Below are positions 10,165 to 23,175 of a DNA stretch of 64,000 bases, piece after piece (position 1 is the first letter of the stretch; each line of letters begins with the position of its first letter). Under the pieces are notes generated by a model. It saw only the letters and a program-made list of their open reading frames with translations, was not told the DNA's origin and did not search any database. A program made the position numbers and the translations under genes. This DNA comes from Centroscyllium fabricii (Eukaryota). The stretch spans positions 117,614,001 through 117,678,000 of the forward strand of contig JBNRSN020000005.1 of the NCBI GenBank assembly GCA_051313645.2. The letters are read 5' to 3'.

Positions 10165-11214
10165 ACTTTTGCGTCACTTAACATGTTTGACAGTCTTTCT
10201 CTGCTCCAGCTCATGCTGCTCCACTAAATGCCAGGAGATGTTGCAAGCAATCTTCATTGTAATGAGCATTTGTTCAGTAGGAACGCAATGAAATCACTTC
10301 TCCTCAGAATCTTGACCTTGTAGGTGAGAGGCAGGCTCAGCTGTAACACCCAATTCATCTGAATGGGGAGTACATCATACGGATGATGTATGAAGATTGT
10401 AATTTGGTGCAGTAGCCACTTAATGAGCAATTATGCCAACAACAAGAAGCAAAACAATTCTAATGCACAGCTAAGTACATTAGTGCACGACACCCTCAGT
10501 GCTTTTACAGCAATTTTGGACCAGGAAGAAACCAGCTGGGAAGTGAGCACAACACCACGCTCTTCACTTTACTGGCTACATTAGCTACTGATGTTAAGGT
10601 TTGTACCAACAATGATTTTTAGGCTTGTATTTTAAAGCTGAAACTTTAATAAGAGCTTCATCAAAATGATGAACATAGAAATTATAGCAATTGACTAATA
10701 TTTCCATTTGTACATAAAATATGAGACTGCCACAAAAATCTATATTAATTACTATTAAATCACTTTTGTCATACTGATGAAACTAAAACAGTTACCTAGT
10801 TGCTGTGAAATATTAGTTTTATTTCAGGCTTAGGAGGCTGCTCACTTCTGGTGCAGTCTTCCTCCCCCGCCGCCCCGCCCCCCCCCCCCCCCACCCCCGC
10901 AGTCTTTGACATCTATTCAGGAGCACTGGGACCAGTAGGATCTCTAGTAGGTGTTGGCGTAGAGCTGAAGGATGTTTAAAATATGAGCACATCTGTCAGC
11001 TGTTTTATGACATTGCCTAAAGTCTTAATGCTGCAACCTTACTCCCTTTTGCTTCTTCAAACCCCTTCCTAATCTTTTGCTACTTCCACTCTCCACCAAA
11101 CTGTTTGTATCCACCCTCACCTCTTCCTCTAAGGTGCTCATCGTCTATTTTAGAATGTGAGTAGATAGCCAGAGACTGCATGCCATGCTTGTTACAATGT
11201 TGTAATGTCTACCA

Positions 11215-11430
11215 TCTAAGAGGATGAGAGTTCTCCTGGTGTCCTGGCCAACATTTATACCGCAACCAAAATTATTAAAATACATTTATCTTAATGCTGT
11301 TTCTGGAACCTTGCTATGCGCAAATTGAATGCCGTATTTTCTTGCATCACAACAGTGACTGCACTTTAAAGGTAATTCATTGGCTCTGACATCATGAAAG
11401 GCACAATTTAAATGTAAGTTATTTATTTCT
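11215..11430 (+). mobile_element. Deu-domain SINE fragment
   Basis: GAGTTCTCCTGGTGTCCTGGCCAACATTTAT...GCGCAAATTG...CAACAGTGACTGCACTT; matches the reverse complement of 30415-30739. Confidence 0.75.
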
Positions 11431-11551
11431 CATGCTGATTCTAACCTTTTAAATGGCCATGTATGTCTTTTTCTTTTAACTGTATGCCTAATTAACTTTT
11501 TTCTCCCAGAATTTTCTTCAATTTTTGCCTCATCTTCTCCAAGTATTATCC

Positions 11552-11792
11552 TCCAAAGGTGCGGGTTAGGTTGATTGGCCATGATAAATTGACCCTTAGT
11601 GTTAGGGGGATTAAATATGTGGGGTTACAGGGATAGGGTGGGAATATGCAGGTTCGATAGGGATCGAGGGACATGGGGACAAGGCAGGAACAGAGTACTG
11701 GGTTTGGATGATCAGCCATGATCTTATTGAATGGCGGAGCAGGCTCGAAGGGCCGAATGGCCTACTCCTGCTCCTAGTTTCTATGTTTCTAT
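11552..11792 (+). mobile_element. V-SINE (HE1-like), 5'-truncated
   Basis: Matches 850-1100. Confidence 0.9.
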
Positions 11793-12430
11793 CTAAATGA
11801 TAATGTCTGCAGCCAATTTGGAATGTTGCTAGCTGGGATGGCGGCAATTGGACATCGTCCAAGGGATGTTTGTGAGGAGAATAGAAGTGAAGGTTGGATC
11901 CTTCCTTCATAGCAGCTATTTTTTAATTTAAAAAAAATATTCAGGCCAATCCCATGTGCCTGCATCATATTTATTTGCGCACTCATGAGCGATCTAAAAA
12001 AAAAACTAACATCTGAAAATGCATAATTTTTTTATACATGATTTAGAATAAAACATTTACTGTACATACATTTTATTACAGGGTGTCTTTTAGAGTTTAG
12101 GCTATCTCCCAAAACTTTTGCCTTGTGTTCACAGTGAAAAGGTCTGTGGAATAACATGCCTTAGATTAACAATTACCCCTAATTACAGTATATAGTGCAC
12201 AGGGGATCATCTGAATGTCCATCATATTCTCTTTTCGCCTTCAGCTGGCAGGAAACAGTTTGTTATCAGACCAATATGTACAGGCTAAAACTACCAGTCA
12301 GATTTATTTATAATTTAAACAATACATAGAAGCAGTGAGACACAATAAGATAGTGCGAGCACAATACTATACCTGCACAATATATAAATTATTTTAAAAT
12401 AAGGGAAAAGACAATTGAAAATTCTTATAT

Positions 12431-12740
12431 AAAATAAAAACAAAAATTACTGGAAATACTCCGCAGGTCATACAGCATGTGTGGAGAGAGAAACAGAGTT
12501 AACATTTCAGGTCAATGACCTTTCATCAGAAATGGAAAAGGTTAGAGATGTAACAGATTTTAAGCAAGTGCAGGGAAAGGGGGGAGGGGAGGAAAGAACT
12601 AAAGGGAAGGTCTGTGATAGGGTGGAAGGCAGGGGAGATTAAATGACAGAGTGTATTATAGTACAAAGCAAAAGAAGATGGTAATGGGACAAATGAATAA
12701 ACAAAAGATGAGTCTAGAAGAGATGTAAATGGGAATGGCA
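12431..12740 (-). mobile_element. Penelope-like pLTR with minimal hammerhead-like core
   Basis: Minus strand CTGATGA-A-AGGTC-ATT-GACCT-GAAA at 12505-12529, followed by the TTAACTCTGTTTCTCTC..GACCTGC.GAGTATTTCCAG..TTTTGTTTTTATTT tail. Confidence 0.7.
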
Positions 12741-13066
12741 GAATTAGCGCCCCATCCCCTTAAATTCAGCAGTAGCACCCCAAGAAGGTGGTGCAGCGCT
12801 ACTGGATCCTGATCTAATTCGCACATATCGGGTTGGAGACGCAAGGAAAGTTTGTGGCCAGGGCGCAAATGGGGCGCTGCGCACGGTGATGATGTCATCA
12901 TCGCTGGTGCAGCGGAGCGGGCGCTACCAGCAACTGACACCGCTGACCTCCGCTGAATTTCGCGGGAGGTGTTATCGGCGCTGCGTCTGGGTGCTGGGGC
13001 ATTTGCATCCCGTTAGCAGCCCCAGGGGCGCTAATGAGAGGCGCAAAGTAACCCAATTTCTAGCCC
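12741..13066. mobile_element. Truncated Harbinger-type MITE
   Basis: GC-rich; right TIR AATTTCTAGCCC; subterminal sequence similar to 23000-23175 and 29300-29508. Confidence 0.7.
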
Positions 13067-13610
13067 TCTGTATCTACCCTATCAAATCCCTTTATAATTT
13101 TAAATACAAGCCAAGATTATGCAATCTGTCCTCTTAACTTAACCCTTTAAACCCCGGTATCATTCTGATAATTCGGCTCTGTACCCCCTCCAAGGCCAAT
13201 ATATCCCTCCTGGAGTGCGGTGCCCAGATTGAACGCAATACTCCAGATGGGGGCTGACCAAGGTTCTGTACAAGTGAAGCACAACTTCCTCCCCTTTGTA
13301 TTCCAGAATGTGGAGGTGCCGGTGTTGGACTGGGGTGGACAAATGCAAAAAGTCACACAACACCAGGTTTAAAGTCCAACGTTTTATTTTAAATCACAAG
13401 CTTTCGGAGCGTCTGCCCCTTCGTCTCTTTGCCTGACGAAGGGGCAGACGCTCCGAAAGCTTGTGATTTAAAATAAAACGTTGGACTTTAAACCTGGTGT
13501 TGTGTGACTTTTTGCATTTGTATTCCAGACACCTTGAGATAAACGCCATTAGCCTTTCTGATTACTTTCTGTACCTGTGTACTAACTTTTACTGATTTGT
13601 CTACATGGAT
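13067..13610 (-). mobile_element. CR1-type LINE fragment
   Basis: Minus strand VSTQVQKVIRKANG...EYKGEEVVLHLYRTLVSPHLEYCVQ. Confidence 0.85.
13308..13521. mobile_element. Penelope-like inverted pLTR pair (perfect 87-bp-arm palindrome) with hammerhead core
   Basis: 13339-13425 is the exact reverse complement of 13435-13521, with a 9-nt spacer; CTGACGAAGGGGCAGACGCTCCGAAAGCTT core; flanking duplication TTTGTATTCCAGA. Confidence 0.85.
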
Positions 13611-14471
13611 AAGCAGCAACCCTGCAGGATTGGTGGTGGAGCTGATGCTTCCCAATTGATAGATCACCCACTGGGTCCTAGTTTCCAGCTCCTTGAATCT
13701 ACCTATCTCAGTTAACTGCAGCTTCAATGGTTCGCAGCAAGGTCACTAGCAAACATCACATGGAAGAAAAATGTTTCATTCTGAAGACTTCTGAAGGAAA
13801 TAGGCCATTTAAATTTAATTTCCTATCAACTAATCATAAAGCAGTGCCACAGAAGCTGCAGAGAAGTGTATACCCCAAAATGTCCCAACATTCTGGCTTA
13901 AAGTGGGTTGCCTGGTGCCATAGTGAGAAAACAGATCCCTAATATAAATACTGACAAAATAAATCCTGTGAACTACAATGCCTCGTGTAAGAAGACCGCT
14001 GTGGCAAACAAAATATCCCTTTTATCCAATTAAGCAAATCCTATTAAACATAGGTATACTGCTTTTGACAAGAAGCAGTCTGAAACATGCCATGAAATAA
14101 CGTCGGGAAGTAACCTCTAACAACAGAAATCCATTAGTTGGTAAGAGGCTGTTGAAACTGAGCTCCACAGGACTGGTTTTAGTGGATGATAATAGCTGGA
14201 GGTTAGAAAGGATGACTATTTGGATTTATGTGGACTTGGGATTTAAGTGGGTCCAAATAGTTTTAATAATGTGTATAGTGATTGATCCTGAAGATGGTGT
14301 TCAATGGACTGGACTTTACGCACTTGGGCACATGCCATTTCTGGAACACACTAGAGCTCTGGGATGTATCATTCCACTTTCCCCATCCTCCTTGAACTAT
14401 CAGAGAAAGTGAAAGAAAAATGCCAGTCTATTGCAGAAAAATAATTGCTACCCCAACCAAAAAAACACTAT

Positions 14472-15392
14472 GGGGTCGATATTAACGACCACCGCCCCCA
14501 CCACGGGCAGGAGAGGGTTGAGGGGGGGTTCAAAAATGTTAAATCACGAAACGTGACCCCAACCCGCTGCATACACGCTTGCAGTCATTTTTACAGCAGC
14601 GGGTTGCGTGGCGTGTCTGTGTCCCGTCTTGGAGAGGCAGGACACTTCATTATAATATTTGAATCAGGCTCCCACACTGCAGTTGGGAACCTGATTTATA
14701 TTTAATGGTTGCCAGCCAGGTTTCCCAGGGTTCGGAAAGTCCAGCAGCCAAATGGAGACAAGAGCAGTTGGATCAAGCAGCTAAGTGCTTTTGAGAGCAT
14801 TCCTTGTGAGCCAGGAGCAGCAGGAGCACTCCCCCTGCCCCTCAAGCAACCCTCCTGCTGAGTGCGGCCTCTCTTTGTTACTGTGATCAACCGACCCCCT
14901 CCCCACCAGGCCCTTATCTTTACCCCTGACATATCGTCAATTAATACACAAAGATGAGTAGTTACCTAAACTACAGGCTTTTATTAACTAAGAATGGAGC
15001 TGGTCTCCTGATGAGGTCAAGGTGAAGAATGAGTGGGGGCAGGGCAGCACTCACCTATATGCTCTGACCTGAGGGGAGGAGTTAGGGGTGTGGCTGACCT
15101 GGCCTACAATACTACACAGGTAAACCGGCAACTATATACAGTGGTTATACGTGATTACCAGAAACCCCCTCCCGATTGCCAGGGACTGTCCTCAATGGTC
15201 TTTGGCTCTGGCCTCCTACCGCAGGCTTTTCCGCCCATCAGCTAGTCAGCCTGTCAATCCGGCCGGCTGCCGGGATGGAACAGGAGTAAAAATATTATAA
15301 ATGAGGTGCTGCCGTTAATATTGGCAGGACCACCGCCCCCCCGGGATTTCCACAACTGCACTCCTCGTCCTTTCCCTGTAAATATCGGGGCC
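14472..15392. mobile_element. Harbinger-type MITE carrying a solo LTR
   Basis: TIRs GGGGTCGATATTAAC / GTAAATATCGGGGCC; related to 58727-59280. Confidence 0.7.
14927..15162 (-). mobile_element. Solo LTR of a related Gypsy family
   Basis: Shares GCCAGGTCAGCCACACC.CTAACTCCTCCCC, AATAAAAGCC and terminal ATTGACGATA.GTCA with the 2037 LTR; ACCCC on both flanks (1-nt offset). Confidence 0.85.
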
Positions 15393-17594
15393 TTATGAAA
15401 CACAGACACAAACTACTATCAATAGAAAAAATTTAACAGTTTAAAATAATAAAAAGAATCCTGTTGCTTTTCCTCCTGAAATATTTCGTGCAACAAATAA
15501 ATTATTGCTGCTTGTGCACAGTTGAACCCTTGCTTCTCTGTGTATACATAATCACCATTTTTTAAATGGAACAGGAGTACTTGAGCCTGAAGTAGTTCAT
15601 TGGGTCCAATTCAGAAAATAACTCAGGATTTGTTGTTTATTCTTAAAAGGTTATAGATTACTTAAAATTCAGTCATTTGTCACAGAGCAACTCAATATTT
15701 GATGGATTTACTTCAGAGAAATAAACCTGTGTCTTGTTTGGAGTACTTCCGTGTGGTAAACCAAAGACCGATGAATTGCACAGCTACCTAAACTTCTGAC
15801 CATGACATTCCTGCCTTTGCTAATTCTACTGAAAACCTCATTGTGAGTATAAAGTGATGCTACACTTAAAATGCAAGTGATTTTTTTTTTGTTAAAATGA
15901 ATAAAGAGAGGAATTCCCTCCACCTGATTTCTAAAAAAAGTCTGTAATGCTCCTATTCTAATAGTTTTTGCATTGGAATGTATGAGAATTGCCCTTTGAG
16001 CAAATGCTCCCTTTAAATGGGTTGTCTTCCATAATGATCCTAAATAGTTGAAAGAGTTAATGTAACTACAGCTTAAATGTACAGCAGTTCCCTTTTCTCT
16101 TGTAATATGATTCTGTGGGCAATCTCAGTATGAGAACAGCACATTGAATTAAGGCGCAATGCTATTCCAAATAGCGAAAGCGATAGCATCCTGCTACACA
16201 CAGCAGCATTAAATTCAAATGAAAAAAATGAATGCTCGAAAACAAGGCAAAAAATAAGCACCACAGGCTCTGATTGCTACTCACTGGCACAAGGACACAA
16301 CTGGCTTGGGATGGGCATCAAGCAAAACAGAAAGAAAAGGCAAAGCAATCGTAGTGCTGAATCCCGGAAGGGCGCTGGGAAGTGGTCACAGGTGATTGTC
16401 ATGTGTGATAATTATTATTGCTGTACACCTGCTCCTCCGCACTAATTAACTTTGGATATGCAAATCCTATTGCATCATGCCCCTGCTCTCCTCCCCTACA
16501 GATAAGAAGATGTTCATCTGCTGGATTTAATTAAGATAATGAACGGCAGGCCCACTGTGGCTTGGCAGGGAAGGGGGAAGCTGTGACTGACCTTTTCTCC
16601 CAAAACATTGACATTTTCCTCTCTTCTGAGTGCTCTGAGTCACCTCAGTGACTCGGATGCTGATAGGAATGGATTGATGAGGTGTCATTAGAGGAAAACA
16701 CCATGACACCCGTGTTTGCTTGGAGACTACCGCAGGTGTTCTGACAAGGACACAAGCTTTTGCTGCTATTTGCCAAACAATTCTCTTGATTCAGTAAAGT
16801 TTGATAATTGCAGAAAGGTCTTGTAAGAGGGAAGCATTTCAATAATGATTTCTGCTGAAAAGTCAAGGGCACAGCATTTCCTTTTCAGCTCAGAGACCCT
16901 GAATTAGTTTTACAAAAAGATATGCTTTTTGGAAATGGCAAATGAGGAGCACATAAAATTCATTTATGGCTGGCACTGAATGGTAAGAAGAGAGGCAGCA
17001 GTAAGAACAGCTTTTAGCCAAAGCATTGGGGAGTTTGCATCATAATTTGAATCATTACAAACCAATTCTGTGTGCACTTGGAAACATGTTAGTGATAGTG
17101 CAGAGGAATGTAATATGTCTCTTGAAACCAAAATTAGGCTACAATATGTATTACACTAGAAAAAAAACCTTAGTAGAGTAATACATATTCAGAAGTTGTC
17201 CCAATTACCAAATCTTTATTATAATCATTTTATGATCTTTTCAACCAGCTGGATTAAAGCATAATTTGACGCATGTGCACCTGTGCTTCATTACAGTACA
17301 AAGTTTTAGTGACTCAGGACAACAAATGCCAAGTAGTCTTTTGAAATGTCTCATTTACTGAATATTATAGTTTTTAAGTTATCAATAAACACTGAACTAT
17401 ACAGTTTACAAGAATTAAAATCTTACTGGATTCCACATTGCTTAAATTATAAACTAATAAAAAACTAAAGCTTTCATACTAAATGAAGCTTCAGGTAAAA
17501 AAATATCCATCAGGATATAGTGTTCAATTGTGATTTTTGCACAAAGCTATAATTTCTTGCAATATCCAGAAAGACAATATAAATTGAACAAATT

Positions 17595-17996
17595 ATAGAA
17601 ACATAGAAGATAGGAGCAGGAGTAGGTCATTCGGCCCCTCGAGCCTGCTCCGCCATTCAATGAGATCATGGCTGATCATCCAAACCCAGTACCCCGCCCC
17701 TGCCCTCTCCCCATATCCCTCGATCCCTATCGAGCCTACACTGACACATATCCCACCCTATCCCCATAACCCCACATATTTAATCCTCCTAACACTAAGG
17801 GTCAATTTATCATGGCCAATCAACCTAACCCACACATCTTTGGACTGTGGGAGGAAGCTGGAGCACCCGGAGGAAACCCACGCAGACACGGGGAGAATGG
17901 GCAAACTCCACACAGATAGTACCTGAGGCTGGATTTGAACCCGGGTCTCCAGTGCTGTGAGGCAACAGTGCTAACCACTATGCCACCGTGCCGCCC
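17595..17996 (-). mobile_element. V-SINE (HE1-like), full length
   Basis: Reverse complement of 698-1100. Confidence 0.92.
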
Positions 17997-18022
17997 TTGT
18001 CCATCTTGTACAATGTCATAAC

Positions 18023-19891
18023 TTTTTTTATTTGTTCATGGGATGTAGGCATTGCTGGCAAGGCCAGCATTTATTGCCCATCCCTAATTGCCCTTGAGAA
18101 GGTGGTGGTGAGCCACCTTCTTGAACCGCTGCAGTCCTTGTATTGAAGGTACTCCCACAGTGCTGTTAGGGAAGAAGTTCCAGGATTTTGACCCAGTGAT
18201 GATGAAGGATCGATGATATACCTCCAAGTCAGGATGGCATGTGACTTGGAAGGGAACTTGGAGGTGGTGGTGTTCCCATGCGCCTGCTGCCCTTGTCCTT
18301 CTAGGTGGTAGAGGTCGTGGGTTTGGGAGGTGCTGCGGAAGGAGCCTTGGTGAGTTGCTGCAGTGCATCTTGTAGATGGTACACACTGCGGCCACGGTAC
18401 GCCGGTGGTGGAGGGAGCGAATGTTTAAGGTGGCGGATGGGGTGCCAATCAAGTGGACTGCTTTGCCCTAGATGGGGTCGAGCTTCTTGAGTATTGTTGG
18501 AGCTGCACTCATCCAGGCACATGGAGAGTATTCCATCACACTCCTTACTTGTGCCTTGTAGGTGTTGGAAAGGCGTTGGGGAGTCAGGAGGTGAGACACT
18601 CGCTGCAGAATACCTAGCCTCTGACCTACTCTTGCTGTCACAGTATTTATGTGGCTGGTTCAGTGATGCATAATCAATCACAATCAGTCAAAGGTTCGAT
18701 GCAACCGAGGCTTTTATTGACTTAGAACTGTTGCTACAGGTCTAGGCGATCTTCAGAGTTAAAGTGAAAGCACAAAGGTGTGCAAGCACATTTATACCCA
18801 GGTTGTGGGTGGAGCCTGAAGAGGAAGCTAAGAACTCCCACACGAGTCCTCGCAGAAAAGACAAGGAGTCACAACTATACATACAGACACAGTAATTACA
18901 AGGAGGGGACACAAGGGGGAGACACTATACAATATATACGATATGGTGGTTTACCACATATAGTTAAGTTGTTGGTCAATGGTAACCCCCAGGATGTTGA
19001 TGGTGGAGGATTCGGCGATGGTAATGCCGTTGAATGTCAAGGGGCGATGGAGAGACTCTCGCTTGTTGGAGATAGTCATTGCTTGGCATTTGTGTGGCGC
19101 GAATGTTATTGCCACTTATCAGCCCAAGCCTGAAAGGGGTCCAGGTCTTGTTGGATGTGGGCATGGACTGCTTCATTACCTGAGGAGTTGTGAATGGCGT
19201 TTGACACTGTGCAGTCATCAGCGAACATCCCCATTTCTGACCTTATTTTGGAGCGAAGGTCAGTGTTGAAGCAGCTGAAGAAGGTTGGGCCGAGGACACT
19301 GCCCTGAGGAACTCCTGCAGTGATGGCCTGGAGCTGTGATGATTGACCTCCAACCACCACAACCATCTTTCTTTGTGCTAGGTATGACTCCAGCCAGTGG
19401 AGAGTTTTCGCCCCAATTCCCATTGACTTCAGTTTTACTAGGGCTCCTTGATACCACACTCAGTCAAATGTTGTCTTGATGTCAAGGGCAGTCATTCTCA
19501 CCTCACCTCTGGAATTCAGCTCCTTTGTCCATCTTTGGACCAAGGCTGTAATGAGGTTGGGAGCCAAGTGGTCTTGATGGAACCCAAACTGGGCATCAGC
19601 AAGCAGGTTATTGGTGAGTAAGTGCCGCTTGATAGCGCTGTCGATTACACCTTCCATCACTTTGCTGATGATTGAGAGTAGGCTAATGGGGCGATAATTG
19701 GCTGGATTGGATTTGTCCTGCTTTTTGTGGACAGGACATACTTGGGCAGTTTTCTACATTGTCGGATAGATGCCAGTGTTGTAGCTGTACTGGAACAGCG
19801 TGGCTAGAGGCGTGGCTAGTTCTGGGGCACAAGTCTTCAGCACGACAGCCAGGATGTTGTCGGGGCCTATAGCCTTTGCTGTATCCATTGC
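18023..19891 (-). mobile_element. CR1-group LINE, 5'-truncated, RT pseudogene
   Basis: QFGF..ALDIKTTFD*VW..GVPQGSVLGP..MFADDCT; 3' AATAAA and A-tail; interrupted by a solo LTR. Confidence 0.9.
18664..18958 (-). mobile_element. Solo LTR, more distant Gypsy family
   Basis: Minus strand TGTGGTAA...TATAAA...TAAGTCAATAAAAGCC...GATTGATTATGCATCA; splits the LINE at a site that is intact at 63117-63133; decayed TSD TTCAG/TATAG. Confidence 0.8.
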
Positions 19892-20043
19892 ATATGTTGT
19901 CAAACCTCTAGGTCCTGAGCAAACTCTAATGTTACATGATGGACTTCAACTCTTAATGTTGCAAATTCCCCGCAGTATAATTTTATTTTTATTTATTTTG
20001 TGCAATATTCCTCTTTTTATTAGGATTGAAAGGAAAACTCATT

Positions 20044-20733
20044 GGGGAAAAATTCCGTTGCTTGCACCTCCCATTAGCGCCTTAAGAGGGCTGCTAATGG
20101 GGTGCAAGGCACTTAGTGCCTGGGCTGGCGCCTCCCGCGATATTCAGTGGGGCGCCGGTGGGGCGGTAACATCATCGCAGTCGCGCCCGCTGCCGTACTG
20201 CCGGACGCTGTCACCAACAGGGTTAGGGGAGTGTACTTTCAGCGGGGAGAGCGATATTTAAAGGGAGGGGTGCTGGACGACCATTTTTCTTGCTGGCCGA
20301 CTGCCAGCACCTGCCCCCTCTGCTGTCCACGGCCTTCCCCAATGCCCCCCCCACCCCAACGGAGTACTGGCTGTGCTCCGTGAGCCCGGCACTTCCCTCG
20401 GGTGCTGGGCTCCTTTGGCGGCATTGCGATCCTCGGCGGTCCAACGGGGCTCCGGTCCGAGCCGCGCTAGGCCACTCCCCTTTAATCAGGGGAGGAAGGC
20501 CTGCAGTACCGCGGCGTGGCACTCTGCAGAGCGTAGCGCAGTGACCCACAGCACCCGAAATTGAGTGGTAGCGCCTAAAGAACAAGGCGGGGCACCTGCA
20601 GTAGCGCCACACCTCCTACTTGGGGCGCCAAAACCCAATTTCAGGAGGAGCGACGCTAACTTTTTCGGGGAGCTAAAAGGAGCGCAAATCCGAGGTTAGC
20701 GCCCCAAATGGGGCACAACCCAATTTTTCCCCC
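20044..20733. mobile_element. Harbinger-type MITE
   Basis: TIR GGGGAAAAATT / AATTTTTCCCC; ATT TSD; inverted sister of 22441-23175. Confidence 0.88.
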
Positions 20734-21563
20734 ATTAACTTTAGATGGCACAACTTAAAATTTGTGTTATTTTGCCGTGTATTTCTGAAGATCCTCGAGT
20801 AACAATTTGATCAGCTTGAATACTGAAATGTGAGGATGGATGAATATTCCAGAGCATTATTCATTCCATTTGAGCCTCTGTGAGGATATGTATATAGAAC
20901 ATTTACTCAGAATATTAAATAAATGGATAAAATCCATGATAGGGTATGTAATATGTAGTTTGTGGAAGGACTGGCTTATTAAACTGAATGGCCTTTTTTA
21001 ATTTCATGCTTTCTTATGTTATATTTAGCTTTCTTCAAGAGGGTTCAATTGTGCATGAAATTTAATAGGGCCAACATTCCTAGGGAATTCCACCATAACT
21101 CTGCTGGGAGAGTGGCAGAACTCCCTGACAACTGACAAAAACCCACTGAGTCTGCGCCGTTTCCAGAAGCTTCTAACTTGGCTTCTAAGAGGTGGAACCT
21201 CCGTCTGCCCCAACACAGGGTAAAATTAATCAAAGAGGGGAAGTCAGTAAGAGGGAATCCTAACACCAGATTTCCATTAACCTTTAGGCTTAGCTGGGAA
21301 GAGCATTGAGGTTTCAGACAATTCTGATTGGGCGAATTGGAGGAGGGGAGGAGTTCCATCTCACTGAGGGCTGAGTTTCTCCATAGAATTCAGTGGATCT
21401 TCAATCAGGAATACAAAAAAACCTGAGGAAAACAATAGAGCTTGTTTATAATGAAGTCTAACATTAGTAGAATATCTCTCTGGAGTTTAGAAGAATGAGA
21501 AGTGATCTCATTGACACATATTCGATTCTGAGGGGGGTTGAGAGAGTAGATGCTGAGAGGTTG

Positions 21564-22339
21564 GGGGGGACTTTGCCGGAAGGGCAGGAACCTGGCGGGG
21601 ATTGGTCGGGGCGGCTTCCTGTCCCGCCCGCCCAAACAGCTGGGAAGGCCACGCAATTTTAATTTAATTGGGTTGTTAAATCCCCGCCGGCAGCAGCGGG
21701 AGGTAATTAAGTCAATCGAGTCAGGCTGCATCGGGGCTGCGAGGAGTTTGATTGACAGTTCCAGCGCTGGTTGTTGACAGTTCCCATGGAAACACTCCAC
21801 TGTGACATCACAGTCGAGGGGAACCAATGGGAAAGGTCAAGTGCTGGTGACTGACAGGTGGGCTCAGAATCCTTGACAGCTCAGCACCGGCTGTCAGGAA
21901 ATGTGCAGAACTGAGGTTTCTCAGTTTCTGCTCAGAGCTGCTGCTGTAGACAGCACGGAGTTACTTACTCCTCTAAGGTGCTGGAGGCATGCCAAGCATT
22001 TGGCAGCATGTCCTTCACACCTTGAAGGAGAAAGTAATAACCAGCGCTGTGCTTCCACTGGGTTTCACTCAGCAGGGTTTAAGGTGGCGGGGTTAGGGCG
22101 GGAAACAGGGCAAAATGGCTGAGGGCCCTTAAAATGGCATTAAACATGCCAATTAAGGGCCCTTAACGAGGTGACAACCCATCCCCGCCAGCCGGAAGGT
22201 TTCAGGGCGGGGAATCTAGGCGGGGGAAAATGAGAAAGCAGCGGGGATACGGCGGGGGAGGTCAGGACCTGCCGGTTCCGCTATTTTACCCGCCGGGTCG
22301 CCGAACACCTCACCTCACGGGGACATGAAATTCCCCCCC
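21564..22339. mobile_element. Harbinger-type MITE
   Basis: G-rich TIRs GGGGGGACTTT / AAATTCCCCCCC; (G)TTG duplicated in the CR1 target. Confidence 0.8.
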
Positions 22340-22440
22340 GTTGTTTCCCCTGGCTGTAGAATCTAGAACTAGGGGGCATAGACTCAGGATAAGCGGGCAG
22401 CCTTTTAAGACTGAGATAAGGATGAATTTCTTCACTCAGA

Positions 22441-23175
22441 GGGGGAGAAATTCGGTAGCGCCCCAGCGCTACCCTCAGCTTAGCGCTACTTTTAGCGCCC
22501 AGAAAAAGTTAGCACCGTTCCTCCTGAAATTGGGTTTTAGCACCCCAAGTAGGAGGTGTGGCGCTACTGCAGGCGCCCCGCCTTGTTCTTTAGGTGCTAC
22601 CACTCAATTTCGGGCGCTGTGGGTCACTGCGCCACGCTCTGCAGAGTGCCACGCCGCGGTACTGCAGGCCTTCCTCCCCTGATTAAAGGGGAGTGGCCTA
22701 GTGCAGCTCAGGCCGGAGCCCCGTTGGGCCGCCGGGGATTGCAATGCCGCCAAAGGAGCCTGGCACTCGAGGGAAGTGCCGGGCTCACGGAGCACAGCCA
22801 GCACTCCACGGGGGGGCATCGGGGAAAGCAGAGGGGGCAGGTGCTGGCAATTGGCCAGCAAAGAAAATGGCCGCCCGGCACCCCTCCCTTTAAATATCAC
22901 TCTCACTGCTGCAAGTACGCCCCCCTGACCCTGTCGGTGACAACGTCTGGTGGTACGGCAACGGACGCGATATTCAGTTCGCGGCCAGGGCGCGAGTGGG
23001 GCGCTGTGCACTGTGATGACATCATCGCCGGCGGCGCACGCTACCGGTTAACGCCCCTGCCAGCGCCTCACTGAATATCGCGGGAGGCACCAGCCCAGGC
23101 GCTAAGTGCCTTGAGCCCCATTAGCAGCCCTCATAGGGCACCAACGGGAGGCGCAAGCATCCGAATTTTTCCCCC
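22441..23175. mobile_element. Harbinger-type MITE
   Basis: TIR GGGGGAGAAATTCGG / CCGAATTTTTCCCCC; AGA TSD inside the CR1. Confidence 0.9.

Noticed and set aside
10862-10900. Poly-C tract / G-quadruplex potential
   Set aside because: An isolated low-complexity run with no supporting context.
20147-23074. Many overlapping GC-rich ORFs
   Set aside because: Artefacts of stop-poor MITE sequence; no transposase motifs.
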